Assembly: GCA_965249575.1 (NCBI GenBank)
Contig: OZ252244.1
Span: 2,912,001 to 2,976,000 of the forward strand
Direction of reading: 5' to 3'
Length of the DNA: 64,000 nt
From: Gemmatimonadales bacterium
GTDB lineage: Bacteria > Gemmatimonadota > Gemmatimonadetes > Gemmatimonadales > GWC2-71-9
A program made the position numbers and the translations under genes. The notes under the pieces were generated by a model, which worked only from the letters and a program-made list of their open reading frames with translations, was not told the origin of the DNA and did not search any database. How positions within the stretch are numbered: position 1 is the stretch's first letter; every line of letters starts with the position of its first letter. Below are positions 1 through 10,292 of this stretch, one piece after another.

Positions 1-1747
1 TAGGCGCGTCGAAAGGACGGAGACGAAGCTCGATCGTGCCTCCCCCGGCCATCCGGATCACCGCGCGGCCACCGTCCAAGCGGGCTAACTCGTCTAGCGA
101 TGGGATGGCGGCCCGAGGGGGTTGCGCGGGCATCGGCACGTGGGGCTTCCCCGTCCACGCAGATAGGTGTTCGGCGACCGCCGTGGCGATGACCGGATCG
201 AAGTCGGTGAGGTACGGCCGGAGTGCCTCCACCTGCGCCATGTCACCGAGCTCGCCAAGCCGGTCGACGATGGCTCGTCGTGGATCTCGCGATGTCTCGC
301 GCTGCTCCGTCGTGATACGGGCGAGGGCGCTTATCAGGGCCGGAACCGCCACAGCGCCGTTCGGAGTCCCTTCCAGCGCGCGCGCGGCCGTGCGGACCAA
401 CTGGTAGTCGGGGCTGTCGAGTGCGGCGATGTAGGCCGAGTCGGTGTCGTGTCCCTTGATCGCGACCAGGCCCCGAATGGAGCTTTCCCGCACGTTGGGG
501 TGGTCGTCAAACGCGAGTCGCGCGAGGGTCTCATGGTCACCCAGCCGCGTCGCCGTCCGCGCTGCGTACATGCGGGCCTGCCAGATGGCCTGCTGAGCAA
601 AACCGGCAAGGTGCGAGTCGGCTCGGTCGGGTGCTCGACCCGCGAGCGCCACGAGCGCGTGGGCGGGTCGGCGCCAGGCGGCCGTCCCACCGCCCTTGAG
701 TTGGGACAGCTCTCCGGCGATGCTGTCGAGCAAGTCCGCCGCGAGATCGTCCTGCTCGCAACCCTCGAGAAGGTCGATGGCCAACAAGGCCACGTGCGGG
801 TCGGGATCTCGAACGTGCCTCGAGATTGGGCCGCAGCCTGAGTCGGCTCGGAGACGCTCGCCGTACGTCCGGAGCGCCTCATAGCGGACTCTCGGTGCCC
901 GATCGGCAAGACCGGCTGCCACGAGAGTCGCCGGCGGCGGTGCCTCCAGCGATCTGATAGCCGCGGCTGCCAGCCGACGCACCTCCGGGTCGGGATCGGA
1001 GAGCGTCGTGTCCACGAGCGCTACACTGGTTCGTCCTCCCGCGATGAGCGCGGCAACCGCGAGCCGGCGAACTCGAGCCGCTTCGCGAGCCGCCTGAGAA
1101 TCCGGTGCCACCAACCCCTCGCGCGCAAGCTGCGTCAAGCGTGCTATCGACTGCATGGAAGGCGGGATCGCTTCCGCCTGGCTCCGCATCAAAGACTCGA
1201 ACCCCCGGACAATTCCCCATAGGCTTGTGAGCGGCGCGAGCCAGGAGTAGGCGAGCAAGGCCTGCTCAGCGGCACGTACCTCTTCCAAGGTCCCATACGG
1301 GAGGCGGCCGAGCGTCTGAGCGATGGTTCCCCCAACCACCGGGTCTTCCTCTCGGCGCAGCCGGTCGATTAGTCGGGAGGTGACCATGTTGGCGTTGCCG
1401 TGCAGGACGGATTGCCCGAGGGCGTTGGCGGCTTCGGCTCTGACAGCGGGGGCTCTGGAGGTGAGGAGCGGCAGTATGGACGGGACCAGCGACACTCGCT
1501 CGAGCCGTCCGAGTGCTCGCACGGCTAGGCGCTGTGTCTCCGGATTCGGCGAGCGAAGGCCCTGAAGCAAGGGCGCCAAGGCCTCCGGTCCTGCGGCGCG
1601 CGTGTCTTCCGCTTCGAGCATCGCGGTGCGGAGCGCCCGGTCTTCCTGCTGTGTCGATAGGACCGGCGCGCCGACGAGCAGCACCAGCCCCAGGGTACCG
1701 ATCATGAGGGGAAAACTATGGTGGGGCGTGGAGGGACCGCTAGCCAT
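1..1747 (-). CDS. HEAT-repeat protein with C-terminal cyclophilin-type peptidyl-prolyl isomerase domain (runs off left edge)
   Basis: Translated by hand; absent from the ORF track because it has no stop inside the window. Signal-like MIGTLGLVLLVGAPVLS, HEAT-like repeats (RLAVRALGRLE, VRAEAANALGQ, DPDPEVRRLAAAA, DRAPRVRYEAL), ending AVIRMAGGGTIELRLRPFDAP, the typical start of a cyclophilin domain. Alternative ATG at 1705. Confidence 0.75.
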   Translation of the reverse strand, partial: MASGPSTPHHSFPLMIGTLGLVLLVGAPVLSTQQEDRALRTAMLEAEDTRAAGPEALAPLLQGLRSPNPETQRLAVRALGRLERVSLVPSILPLLTSRAPAVRAEAANALGQSVLHGNANMVTSRLIDRLRREEDPVVGGTIAQTLGRLPYGTLEEVRAAEQALLAYSWLAPLTSLWGIVRGFESLMRSQAEAIPPSMQSIARLTQLAREGLVAPDSQAAREAARVRRLAVAALIAGGRTSVALVDTTLSDPDPEVRRLAAAAIRSLEAPPPATLVAAGLADRAPRVRYEALRTYGERLRADSGCGPISRHVRDPDPHVALLAIDLLEGCEQDDLAADLLDSIAGELSQLKGGGTAAWRRPAHALVALAGRAPDRADSHLAGFAQQAIWQARMYAARTATRLGDHETLARLAFDDHPNVRESSIRGLVAIKGHDTDSAYIAALDSPDYQLVRTAARALEGTPNGAVAVPALISALARITTEQRETSRDPRRAIVDRLGELGDMAQVEALRPYLTDFDPVIATAVAEHLSAWTGKPHVPMPAQPPRAAIPSLDELARLDGGRAVIRMAGGGTIELRLRPFDAP

Positions 1748-2259
1748 CGTTGCTAAAGAGAATGTGCCGGACATCGCTTCGCGGTCGTGGAGGGGTTGAC
1801 TTGCAGTTGCTACGCACTGCGTCCCAAGTAGTCGTTGGCCCTTAGACAGCGCGAGAGCTTGGTCACACAACTATCTGTGGTGCAAACTACTTATAGGACT
1901 TGATCCGATCTCTAACACATGTGAGTGAGACGTCACTCGCACCTTGTTGTCAGCGAGCGTAATCGGCCATACGACCATTGCGACACTGTCGCTGCACATG
2001 AGCTTGGCGCCCGCCGGATGCCGCGCCGCGGAATCGGCAGGCCAGTGGTCCAATCCCTGCACAGGGAAGGTCTCGGGGTACCGGAGGGTCAAGGGGGTGG
2101 GCGTAGATTTGGTGATGAGCTCAGCCGGTGTTGCTTCGGCGCTGCACCAGGGCGACCGCGCGTACCGTTACCGGTTTCGTTAAACTTGTTGGCGACGCAA
2201 CGCGCCCGGCCGGCGCGTTCGACGATCTGCACTGCGTGAGACAATCGAGGGTAACTCCA

Positions 2260-3279
2260 ATGACGACACACGATCTGGAATCGGTGGCCCGAGCGCTTGT
2301 TGCGGAGGGCAAAGGCATCTTGGCGGCTGATGAGAGCTTCCCAACCATCGAAAAGCGATTCAAGAGCATCAACATCCCATCAACTGAGGAAAATCGGCGA
2401 GGATACCGCGAGTTGTTATTTACCACTGAAGGCGTCGGCGAGTTCATTAGCGGCGTGATCATGTTTGACGAAACGTTGCGCCAAGGGGCGCGGGACGGAA
2501 CGCCCTTTTCCGACCTACTGAAACGGCAGGATATCGTCCCCGGTATCAAGGTTGACAAGGGCGCAAAGGCACTCGCCGGTTACGGCGGAGAGAAGATAAC
2601 CGAGGGACTCGACGGACTTCGAGACCGGCTGGCCGAGTACCGCGAGCTCGGGGCTCAGTTTGCCAAGTGGAGAGCCGTGATTGCCATCGGGAATGGGTTG
2701 CCCACCCGGTTTTGCATAGACGCGAACGCCCACGCTCTCGCGCGGTACGCCGCGCTGTGTCAGGAAGCCGGCCTCGTTCCGATCGTGGAGCCGGAGGTGC
2801 TCATGGACGGCGACCACTCGATCGAGCGGTGTGAGCTGGTCACGCGCACGAGTCTCGAAAGCGTGTATTTCCACCTCGAAGCGCACAAAGTGGAGCTGGC
2901 GGGAACGCTGCTGAAGCCCAACATGGTGGTGTCCGGCAAGGGTTGTCCTCAACAGGCCGGCACCCAGGAGGTTGCTGAAGCCACGGTGCGGACCCTCCGC
3001 GAAACGGTGCCGGTAGGGGTGCCGGGCGTTGTGTTCTTGTCGGGGGGACAGGGGCCGGAGACAGCTACAGCCCACTTGAACGCGATGAATGCCCTCGGCA
3101 GCCATCCGTGGGAGCTGAGCTTCTCCTATGGGCGAGCGCTCCAAGAAGAGGCGCTTACAGCGTGGAGAGGTGAGCCCGGCAACGTTCAGGCGGCCCAGCG
3201 CGCCTTCCGCCATAGGGGACAGTGTGTGCGTGCCGCTCGGTCGGGCACCTACTCAGAAAGCATGGAGCGGGCAGCTTAG
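2260..3279 (+). CDS. Fructose-bisphosphate aldolase class I (eukaryote-like family)
   Basis: GKGILAADES, PGIKVDKG, AKWRAVI, VPIVEPEV, LLKPNMV, FLSGGQ and FSYGRALQ motifs. ATG at 2260. Confidence 0.97.
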   Translation: MTTHDLESVARALVAEGKGILAADESFPTIEKRFKSINIPSTEENRRGYRELLFTTEGVGEFISGVIMFDETLRQGARDGTPFSDLLKRQDIVPGIKVDKGAKALAGYGGEKITEGLDGLRDRLAEYRELGAQFAKWRAVIAIGNGLPTRFCIDANAHALARYAALCQEAGLVPIVEPEVLMDGDHSIERCELVTRTSLESVYFHLEAHKVELAGTLLKPNMVVSGKGCPQQAGTQEVAEATVRTLRETVPVGVPGVVFLSGGQGPETATAHLNAMNALGSHPWELSFSYGRALQEEALTAWRGEPGNVQAAQRAFRHRGQCVRAARSGTYSESMERAA

Positions 3280-3395
3280 AGTCGGTGCGTCTCCCGGCCA
3301 CCAAAGCGCCGCCCCGGTGCTGGCTCTGCCGACTGCTGGGGCGGCGACGCACGTCCGGGGTGGGCTGCGCGGTGAGCGGTTCGGAGCCGCGCATT

Positions 3396-3665
3396 TCACG
3401 GTGACGCTGCACGCCGTATCATCTCAAGCTTCTCTTGTCGTGACATCGCCTTGATCTGCGCCTCGCGCTTCGCCGCGAACGATCGGTTGCGGTGCCGCTC
3501 TCGATAAACGATCTCCGCCGCGGGAGAGATTCGAAAGAACCGGGCTCCGCGCCGTGACGTCTGGTGTTCCTCCAGCCGCCTGGCAGGATCCGGTGAGATC
3601 CCGGTGTACAATTTTCCCGACTGGGTCTGTATCATGTACACTTCCCAGCCGCTAGTAGCGCTCAT
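3396..3665 (-). CDS. GIY-YIG nuclease family protein (UPF0213-like)
   Basis: VYMI...LYTGIS.DP.RRL.EH...GARF...AAKREAQIK pattern, 89 aa. Confidence 0.9.
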   Translation of the reverse strand: MSATSGWEVYMIQTQSGKLYTGISPDPARRLEEHQTSRRGARFFRISPAAEIVYRERHRNRSFAAKREAQIKAMSRQEKLEMIRRAASP

Positions 3666-3736
3666 CGGGCAGCAACCGCGGTGGAAGAATCGATTGCGGA
3701 CGGCATCAAGAAAGGGGCGACGCCAATGACGGAGCT

Positions 3737-4339
3737 TTGCCCTCTATGAGATTCTCCCCCGACGGTCAGAAGGTGGCCTACTTCGAGTCAGATGGTGGCG
3801 GTCGCGGCGGCTCGAATGCCGAGGTTGGGGCGCTTTACGTAGCCGACTTCACCGGGCGGAATCCCACGCTGGTGGTGGGCGCGGAGTACGCCCCACGGCA
3901 CGCGCGTTGGTCTCCCGACGCGCGGCAGATCGCGTTCGACGTTCGATCGCTACAGCACACGGATGTCAGGCACGTCGCAGTCTATGATCTGGACAAGGTC
4001 GGAACCAGCTTCTTCGCGACCCAGACGGAGCGGGGGATCCCCCACGATTCCGATCCTCACTGGTCGCCGAGCGGAGCAGAGCTCCTTCACGATAGAGCCT
4101 ATCCTCCGTCAACCTCCGTGGAGAAAGTCGTCCGAGCGATGAGGATCGCCGACGACGGGGTTCAGATCGCCCCGAGGGTAGTCATGGTGGGAACCCCAGC
4201 TGCTCGAACCCGGGGCTGGGTAGATGATGCGAGCGTATTGGTCGCGTTACCCGACTCGGCGACGCTCTTGAACACCGAGGCTGGAACGGCAGCTCCGCTC
4301 CCAGCCGGCCGGATCCTTCACGTTCGGTCAGTTCGCTAG
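3737..4339 (+). CDS. TolB-like (PD40/WD40) beta-propeller protein, probably N-terminally truncated
   Basis: RFSPDGQKVAY, RWSPDARQIAF and PHWSPSGAEL repeats. Begins directly at a repeat with no signal peptide. Confidence 0.6.
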   Translation: MPSMRFSPDGQKVAYFESDGGGRGGSNAEVGALYVADFTGRNPTLVVGAEYAPRHARWSPDARQIAFDVRSLQHTDVRHVAVYDLDKVGTSFFATQTERGIPHDSDPHWSPSGAELLHDRAYPPSTSVEKVVRAMRIADDGVQIAPRVVMVGTPAARTRGWVDDASVLVALPDSATLLNTEAGTAAPLPAGRILHVRSVR

Positions 4340-4369
4340 GACCGCCTCGCTCGAACCCGGAGTAGCCCG

Positions 4370-4984
4370 TCACGGGGTGGTCGGGGAGGCGCGGCTCTGG
4401 CCGCGCCACACATAAACGAAGTCTCCGAATTCAGAGCGATCGTCGTTGGCTGCGTTGGCGGCGACATGAAACGACACCGTGCCGTCCTCCCGAGACGGGG
4501 CTCTCCAACGGAGGCGCCACTGCGCGACTCCGGGCCGGGTAAGGGCGGTCCCGGTCAGCGTGTGCTGGGCATAATCGACGCGGCCCGCCGTCACGATTTC
4601 GACGCGGCTGTCCAACTCGGCGAGCGATCCCGCCTGCAGCGCCAAGCCCGGGCCATCGGCGAGCCGGGTGGCGAGCTGGAATCCTCCCGCGCCCATGCCC
4701 TCTCGGCTCACGGTGACCGTGAGCGTGTACGCGCTGTCCGATGAGTAGGCTGGAGGAATGCCGGAGACAGTGGCCTGTCCCCGCGAATGGTTCACCGGGT
4801 AGCCGAAATGACACTGATGGCAGGTAGGCTCCCCGAACCCGCCGGTGTGCGCCGCAGGCGGGTTTTGCGGGTACACGCCTGCGGTCGGGTGAGGGGCGAG
4901 ACCGATGAGAGCTGCGGCGGCGAGGGCGATTACGCCGGATCGAACGGAATCAGGGGATCCTGGCGCGCCCGATAGTATTGGCAT
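4370..4984 (-). CDS. Exported Reeler-like (choice-of-anchor V-like) domain protein with CxxCH motif
   Basis: Hydrophobic signal segment, TGGFGEPTCHQCH, YTLTVTV, GGFQL, WRLRWRAP, FHVAANAANDD. Start uncertain. Confidence 0.7.
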   Translation of the reverse strand: MPILSGAPGSPDSVRSGVIALAAAALIGLAPHPTAGVYPQNPPAAHTGGFGEPTCHQCHFGYPVNHSRGQATVSGIPPAYSSDSAYTLTVTVSREGMGAGGFQLATRLADGPGLALQAGSLAELDSRVEIVTAGRVDYAQHTLTGTALTRPGVAQWRLRWRAPSREDGTVSFHVAANAANDDRSEFGDFVYVWRGQSRASPTTP

Positions 4985-5969
4985 CGGTCCCGAACCAAAT
5001 CGCCCGCGAAGCGGCGTCAAAGACCATGTGACGCACCGTGCCCGCGCCACTTTCGATTTCGGTCACGCTGAAAAACTCGCCCCCTCCGATGCGCGGATCG
5101 AACCCGATAAACCGGTTGGGTTGCGGGCCGGTCTCGACGAACCAGAGGCGATCCCGGTCGTCGACGGCCATTGCGTACGGCCGCGCGTTCGCACCTCCAG
5201 GGATCGCCCACTCCTGGAGCCCCCCCGTCTCCGGATCTAATCGCCCCAGGTACCCGCCCGCATAGTCTACGTACCACACCCCCCCGTCCGACGTGATCGC
5301 GAGGCGGCGGGGCCGGGCGTCACGTCGAGGCAGTTCGATCTCCCGGAGCGTCATCGCCTCGGGATCGATCGTGGCGATCTTGTAACTGCCGAATTCAACC
5401 ACCCACGGGCGGTCCTGCGCATCCACCACGATGCCGTAGGGGCGCGATTGGGCGGTGGGAACGGGAATCAGACGGACGGTCCGGGACGTCCCGGTGAGCT
5501 TTCCGACGAAGTTCCCACCCTGCACGGTGAACCAGATGTCACCGTTGCTGTCGAACACGAGCGTGTGGGGGTCCCGTGCGCTCTCGTCCGGCATGGGAAA
5601 CTTGATGATGCTTCCATCCCGAGGATCGAGCCGTCCGATGTGCGCAGCCCTATTCCCCGCATACCACACGAAACCCTCGGCGTCCACGATGAGGTTGTGA
5701 GGCCCGGTCCCCGGATCTAGCGGGAATTGCTCGAATCTCCCCGTGGACGGCTCGAGGAATGCAACGTAGTGAGAGCGCTGGCCGACGAACCACACCCGCC
5801 CGTCCGGGCCGACGTACGGGTCCCTGGGCCGGGAGTTCTCCCATGGCACGACCCATTCCGCGATGTCGATCGGGTCGTCGATCGCAACGGGCAGCTGGAG
5901 CGATGAGTCCGTGTAGATGCCGAGTGCCAGTAATGGTGGGACGACCGCCGCGGCTGCGAGGGGTTTCAT
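4950..5969 (-). CDS. Vgb (virginiamycin B lyase)-like beta-propeller, exported
   Basis: Repeated P(H/Y/R)x[LI]xxxxDGxxWF blades (GPHNLIVD, DPHTLVFD, RPYGIVVD, RPRRLAIT). Start MKPLAAA after GGAGG. Confidence 0.85.
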   Translation of the reverse strand: MKPLAAAAVVPPLLALGIYTDSSLQLPVAIDDPIDIAEWVVPWENSRPRDPYVGPDGRVWFVGQRSHYVAFLEPSTGRFEQFPLDPGTGPHNLIVDAEGFVWYAGNRAAHIGRLDPRDGSIIKFPMPDESARDPHTLVFDSNGDIWFTVQGGNFVGKLTGTSRTVRLIPVPTAQSRPYGIVVDAQDRPWVVEFGSYKIATIDPEAMTLREIELPRRDARPRRLAITSDGGVWYVDYAGGYLGRLDPETGGLQEWAIPGGANARPYAMAVDDRDRLWFVETGPQPNRFIGFDPRIGGGEFFSVTEIESGAGTVRHMVFDAASRAIWFGTDANTIGRARIP

Positions 5970-6228
5970 GCCTGGGCCTCCTGGTCGTCGATCGTGTTGT
6001 GAACGGGCGTCCCCGATCACCCAAGCGTGCGCTCGAGGTTAAAATGGAGAGAACGCCGCGCGGGCGGTAGGTGCAGGCACCCCCGGCCACTCCACTCTGG
6101 ACGGCATTTGGGGAGTGGGCGGAGTTCGCCTGGGAACAGCGGTGTGCCCTCTCGTCAAGTCAGAAGCCTCGCTGGAAGGGGTCGTGCTCCCGTGAAGGTG
6201 ATCTTGACATGGGCGTGTTGGGCCCTGT

Positions 6229-6381
6229 GTTGACCGAGCCACCTTCGCGGAGCCCGCGCTGCACTCCAAGGGCTTCGTCCATGTGATGGTCGGCGGGATC
6301 TTCGTGGTGAAGGATGGAGTATTGGTCAACGGTGTCACACCCCAGCGCCCGATTCGGCGGCCGATTGCACCGGTTCCGTGA
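6229..6381 (+). pseudogene. C-terminal remnant of a D-aminoacylase/N-acyl-D-amino-acid deacylase-like amidohydrolase
   Basis: Hand translation VDRATFAEPALHSKGFVHVMVGGIFVVKDGVLVNGVTPQRPIRRPIAPVP*. In-frame stop upstream at 6205 and no N-terminal part. Confidence 0.7.
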
Positions 6382-6485
6382 GGGGTCCCGCCGTTGGGGT
6401 GGTCGATCGAGGGAAGCATTGGGTTGCCGGGCCGATGGCGGTCGGTTCGGTCGCGCCGGCGTAGACATAATCAAGGAGGCGGTTC

Positions 6486-7154
6486 ATGCGGCATCTGCTC
6501 GCGGCTGTGGCGACCATCGGTTGCCTGGTAGCCCCTCCACAGGTAGCGGCTCAATCGGCCGCCGAGCTGTGCAGGGAAATGTTCAGCAACCTGACTTCCG
6601 GTGCGTGGGCGGAGTACGATTTCTCGGGCGTTCGGGGTCCGCAGGGAATGAAGATGGCCGTGGTGGGAAAAGAAGGCTCGGGTCGCGACGCGCTTTACTG
6701 GTTCGAATTCAGTTTCCAGGGCGAGATGGGGTCGATGATCATGAAGGCCCTGGTGCCGGGCTGGCCGTACGATCCCGGTCAGGTTCGAGAGATGATCATG
6801 AAGATGGGAGACCGGCCAGCCATGAAGATGCCGGCGCAGGCTCTCACCATGATGCGAGATCGCTCACCAACGAACGTCGGACTCGAGAGCGCGCAGAAAT
6901 GCGGGGACGCCGACGTCGTGGGGAGGGAGAGCATCACTGTCCCGGCGGGCACGTTGAACACGGTCCACCTGCGGCCGACCGAAGGGGAGGGCGACCTCTG
7001 GGTGTCATCTGACGTGCCGTTCGGCATGGTGCGGTGGGTGAGCACGAGCGGCGAAGAGGTTACGCTCACGGACCATGGTACGGGCGCCACGACTGCTATC
7101 ACCGAAACACCGGTCGAAGGAATGCCCGGGATGGGTGGGCGGCGACGGCCCTAG
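6486..7154 (+). CDS. Exported hypothetical protein (Met-rich, possibly DUF3108/DUF4412-like beta fold)
   Basis: AAGGAGG RBS, signal peptide MRHLLAAVATIGCLVAPPQVAA, and a GRESITVPAGT motif. Confidence 0.7.
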   Translation: MRHLLAAVATIGCLVAPPQVAAQSAAELCREMFSNLTSGAWAEYDFSGVRGPQGMKMAVVGKEGSGRDALYWFEFSFQGEMGSMIMKALVPGWPYDPGQVREMIMKMGDRPAMKMPAQALTMMRDRSPTNVGLESAQKCGDADVVGRESITVPAGTLNTVHLRPTEGEGDLWVSSDVPFGMVRWVSTSGEEVTLTDHGTGATTAITETPVEGMPGMGGRRRP

Positions 7155-7209
7155 TGACGGGCCTTCGCCACGAGCGAGGGCCAGGTACGCTGCTCCAAAG
7201 GGGGGTGAC

Positions 7210-9978
7210 ATGCGTTCTCGCAACGTCGTGATTGCCTTGTGGGTGGTCGCTCAGGTAACCGCGCCCGTGCTTGCGGAGGGGCAGGCGCCAGCCAATCCCG
7301 CGGTCGTTCCCCACATTGCGTTCGAGCAGTTCGTGCTCCCGAATGGGTTGACCGTTGTCGTTCATGAAGATCGCAAGGTGCCCATCGTTGCCGTCAACGT
7401 GTGGTACCACGTCGGCTCGAAGAATGAGAAACCGGGCAAGACGGGTTTCGCCCACCTGTTCGAACACCTGATGTTCAACGGGTCGGAAAACTACGACGAC
7501 GACTACTTCGGCCCGCTCGAAAAAGTCGGGGCCACGGATCTCAACGGGACGACGAACCCAGATCGCACGAATTATTTCCAGAACGTGCCCAGGCCGGCGC
7601 TCGATCTGGTTTTGTTTTTGGAGTCCGACCGGATGGGTCACCTCCTGGGTGCCGTCGACCAGGGGAGGCTCGACGAGCAGCGGGGAGTGGTGCAAAACGA
7701 GAAGCGACAGGGAGAGAATCAACCGTACGGCCTCGTCCGGCAGCTCATAGCAGAGAGCGCCTACCCGGTCGGCCATCCCTATCATTGGACCACGATCGGA
7801 TCAATGGAAGATCTCGAGGCGGCGAGCCTCGAGGATGTGCACGAGTGGTTCGGGACCTACTACGGTCCGAACAACGCGGTCGTGGTCGTTGCGGGCGACA
7901 TCGATCCCGCCACGGCGCGTGACCGGGTCGAGAAGTACTTCGGGCACATCCCTCCCGGGCTGCCGATCGCGCGGCTGGACCGGTGGATCGCGAAGATGTC
8001 AGGCGAGCGTCGTGGCGTCTTGCAGGATCGCGTGCCGCAGTCTCGGGTCTACAAAGTCTGGAACGTTCCGGAGTGGGGATCCGCGGAGGCGGATCATCTC
8101 GACCTGGTCAGCGACGTCCTGGCCTCCGGGAAGACATCGCGCCTCTACAAACGACTCGTCTACGACGACCAGATCGCGACGGATGTAGTAGCGTTCATCA
8201 GCAAGAGGGAGATCGGGAGCCAGTTCCAGATCATGGCGACGGCTCGTCCCGGGGGTGGCCTCGCCGCGGTGGAACGTGCGGTCGACGAAGAGTTGCAGCG
8301 TCTCATTGCCGAGGGGCCCGCACCCGAGGAGATGCGGCGGGTGAAGACCCAGTTCCGAGCCAGCTTCATTCGGGGAGCCGAACGAATCGGGGGGTTCGGG
8401 GGAAAATCCGACGTCCTCGCCACAAACATGGTATACGCCGGGGACCCCGGTTTCTATCGCAAGACGCTTCAGCGGGTTGCCGACGCCACGGCCGAGCAGC
8501 TCCAGTCGGTCGCGCGCCAGTGGCTGTCGGACGGCGTATACGTGCTCGAGGTGCATCCGGTGGAGCAGCTCCAGGCGGCTGGTGACGGGGTCGACCGCTC
8601 TTCCCTACCGACGGTCGCCGAGTTGCCCGCCCCTCGCTTTCCAGAACTGGAACGTACGACGCTTTCCAACGGACTCGAGGTCATTTTGGCTCGGCGGGAT
8701 GCGGTGCCGGCGGTCGATTTCCACCTGCTGGTCGACGCCGGGTTCGCGGCGGATCAGCATGGCGTTCCGGGCACGGCCAGCCTCGCGATGAACATGCTCG
8801 ACGAAGGGACGAAAACCAGAAACTCGCTCGAAATCAGCGATGCGCTGGCGCGCATCGGTGCGCGGCTCCGAAGCGGGTCGAACCTCGACCTGTCCAGTGT
8901 GTCCCTCTCAACCCTGGTCGAGCACACGGATTCGGGCCTGGTCTTACTGGCCGACGTCATCCAGAATCCGAGCTTTCCGCAGCCGGACTTCGAGCGGCTG
9001 AAAGCGGAGCAGCTGGCGCGAATTCAGCGGGAGAAGGCCACCCCTGTGCAGATCGCGCTCCGTGTGTTTCCTCAGTTGCTATATGGAGAAGGGCATGCAT
9101 ACAGCACGCCGCTGACTGGATCCGGAACCGAGGAGTCGATCTCTGGGCTGTCACGAGATGCCCTGGTCCGGTTCCACCAGGACTGGTTCACTCCGTCCAA
9201 CGCCACGCTCGTCGCGGTCGGCGCGATCACGCTGGCGGAGCTGACGCCCAAGCTGGAACGGCTGCTGGGTGGGTGGCAATCGAGGAGCGTACCCACGAAG
9301 AACGTGGCAGAGGTGTCCCGAAAAACGAGCCCATCCGTGTACCTGATCGACCGGCCGGGCTCCCAGCAATCGATTATCTTCGCCGGCCACGTGGCCCCCC
9401 CGAAGAACAACAAGCGAGAAGTCGCGTTGGAGGTGTTGAACGATCTCCTGGGCGGCAGTTTTAGCTCGCGAATCAACATGAATCTGCGGGAAGAGAAAGG
9501 GTGGTCGTACGGCGCGTTCACGTTCCTGTGGGACGCTCGCGGCCAGCGCCCGTTCATCGCGTACGCGCCAGTGCAGACCGACAAGACGCGAGAGTCACTG
9601 GAGGAGCTCGTTGGAGAGCTTCGCGACATCATAGGCTCGCGGCCCGCCACCGTGGACGAGCTCGCAAAGGCGCAGGCGAATCTCACGCTGAGCCTTCCCG
9701 GCCGGTGGGAGACCAATGCTGCGGTGGGGGAATCCATCGCTGAGCTGGTCCGGTTCCGCCTCCCCCACGATTATTACGACGGATACGCTGCTGCCGTCCG
9801 GGGCGTGGTGGTTGAGGAGCTTGCGGACGTCGCGCGGCAGGTCGTTCATCCCGACGCGCTGGTGTGGGTCATCGTAGGTGACCAAGCCAAGATCGAGCAG
9901 AGTATCCGGGACCTGCGCCTCGGGGAGGTCGGGCTGCTCGACACCGACGGGAGACCGGTGAGCCCTGGTGCGTCGTGA
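7210..9978 (+). CDS. Single-chain M16 zinc peptidase (PqqL/pitrilysin-like), exported
   Basis: HLFEH inverted zincin motif, NGTTNPDRTNY, C-terminal NLREEKGWSY, and a signal peptide from ATG 7210. Confidence 0.95.
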   Translation: MRSRNVVIALWVVAQVTAPVLAEGQAPANPAVVPHIAFEQFVLPNGLTVVVHEDRKVPIVAVNVWYHVGSKNEKPGKTGFAHLFEHLMFNGSENYDDDYFGPLEKVGATDLNGTTNPDRTNYFQNVPRPALDLVLFLESDRMGHLLGAVDQGRLDEQRGVVQNEKRQGENQPYGLVRQLIAESAYPVGHPYHWTTIGSMEDLEAASLEDVHEWFGTYYGPNNAVVVVAGDIDPATARDRVEKYFGHIPPGLPIARLDRWIAKMSGERRGVLQDRVPQSRVYKVWNVPEWGSAEADHLDLVSDVLASGKTSRLYKRLVYDDQIATDVVAFISKREIGSQFQIMATARPGGGLAAVERAVDEELQRLIAEGPAPEEMRRVKTQFRASFIRGAERIGGFGGKSDVLATNMVYAGDPGFYRKTLQRVADATAEQLQSVARQWLSDGVYVLEVHPVEQLQAAGDGVDRSSLPTVAELPAPRFPELERTTLSNGLEVILARRDAVPAVDFHLLVDAGFAADQHGVPGTASLAMNMLDEGTKTRNSLEISDALARIGARLRSGSNLDLSSVSLSTLVEHTDSGLVLLADVIQNPSFPQPDFERLKAEQLARIQREKATPVQIALRVFPQLLYGEGHAYSTPLTGSGTEESISGLSRDALVRFHQDWFTPSNATLVAVGAITLAELTPKLERLLGGWQSRSVPTKNVAEVSRKTSPSVYLIDRPGSQQSIIFAGHVAPPKNNKREVALEVLNDLLGGSFSSRINMNLREEKGWSYGAFTFLWDARGQRPFIAYAPVQTDKTRESLEELVGELRDIIGSRPATVDELAKAQANLTLSLPGRWETNAAVGESIAELVRFRLPHDYYDGYAAAVRGVVVEELADVARQVVHPDALVWVIVGDQAKIEQSIRDLRLGEVGLLDTDGRPVSPGAS

Positions 9979-9982
9979 TCTC

Positions 9983-10120
9983 ATGGTGGCCGGTGCTTCC
10001 CGCAGGAGCCGGCTGAAGCGGCGGCCGCCGAGGCGGGCGCCCAAGTTCTTGCCGCCGGCGGAAACGCCATCGACGCGGCCGTAGCCATTTTGTTTGTGCT
10101 CGCCGTCACCGAGCCCGTGG
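9983..10120 (+). pseudogene. ggt: N-terminal remnant of gamma-glutamyltransferase
   Basis: Hand translation AAEAGAQVLAAGGNAIDAAVAILFVLAVTEP is the GGT N-terminal signature. Similarity ends immediately afterwards. Confidence 0.75.
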
Positions 10121-10292
10121 GTAGACGTCGGCGGGGCGGAAATCGAGCGCGCGGTCGGCGCCTCGCGGATCCACGTCGTTCCGCCAAGCCGGCGGTTCCC
10201 CAGGGATGGCGCAGTCGCGTTCGCGACGGCTACGGTGGCGCTAGCGAAAACTAGAGCGGCCGCCGACCTGGGCCGTAGGGACAGGAGTGCCG

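Noticed and set aside
3396..3665. GIY-YIG gene as a homing endonuclease or mobile element
   Set aside because: It is a short stand-alone UPF0213-type protein with no intron or DNA-binding extension.
4950..5969. Calling this a streptogramin B resistance gene (vgb)
   Set aside because: It has a signal-like N-terminus and apparently altered acidic ligands, so only fold-level similarity is supported.
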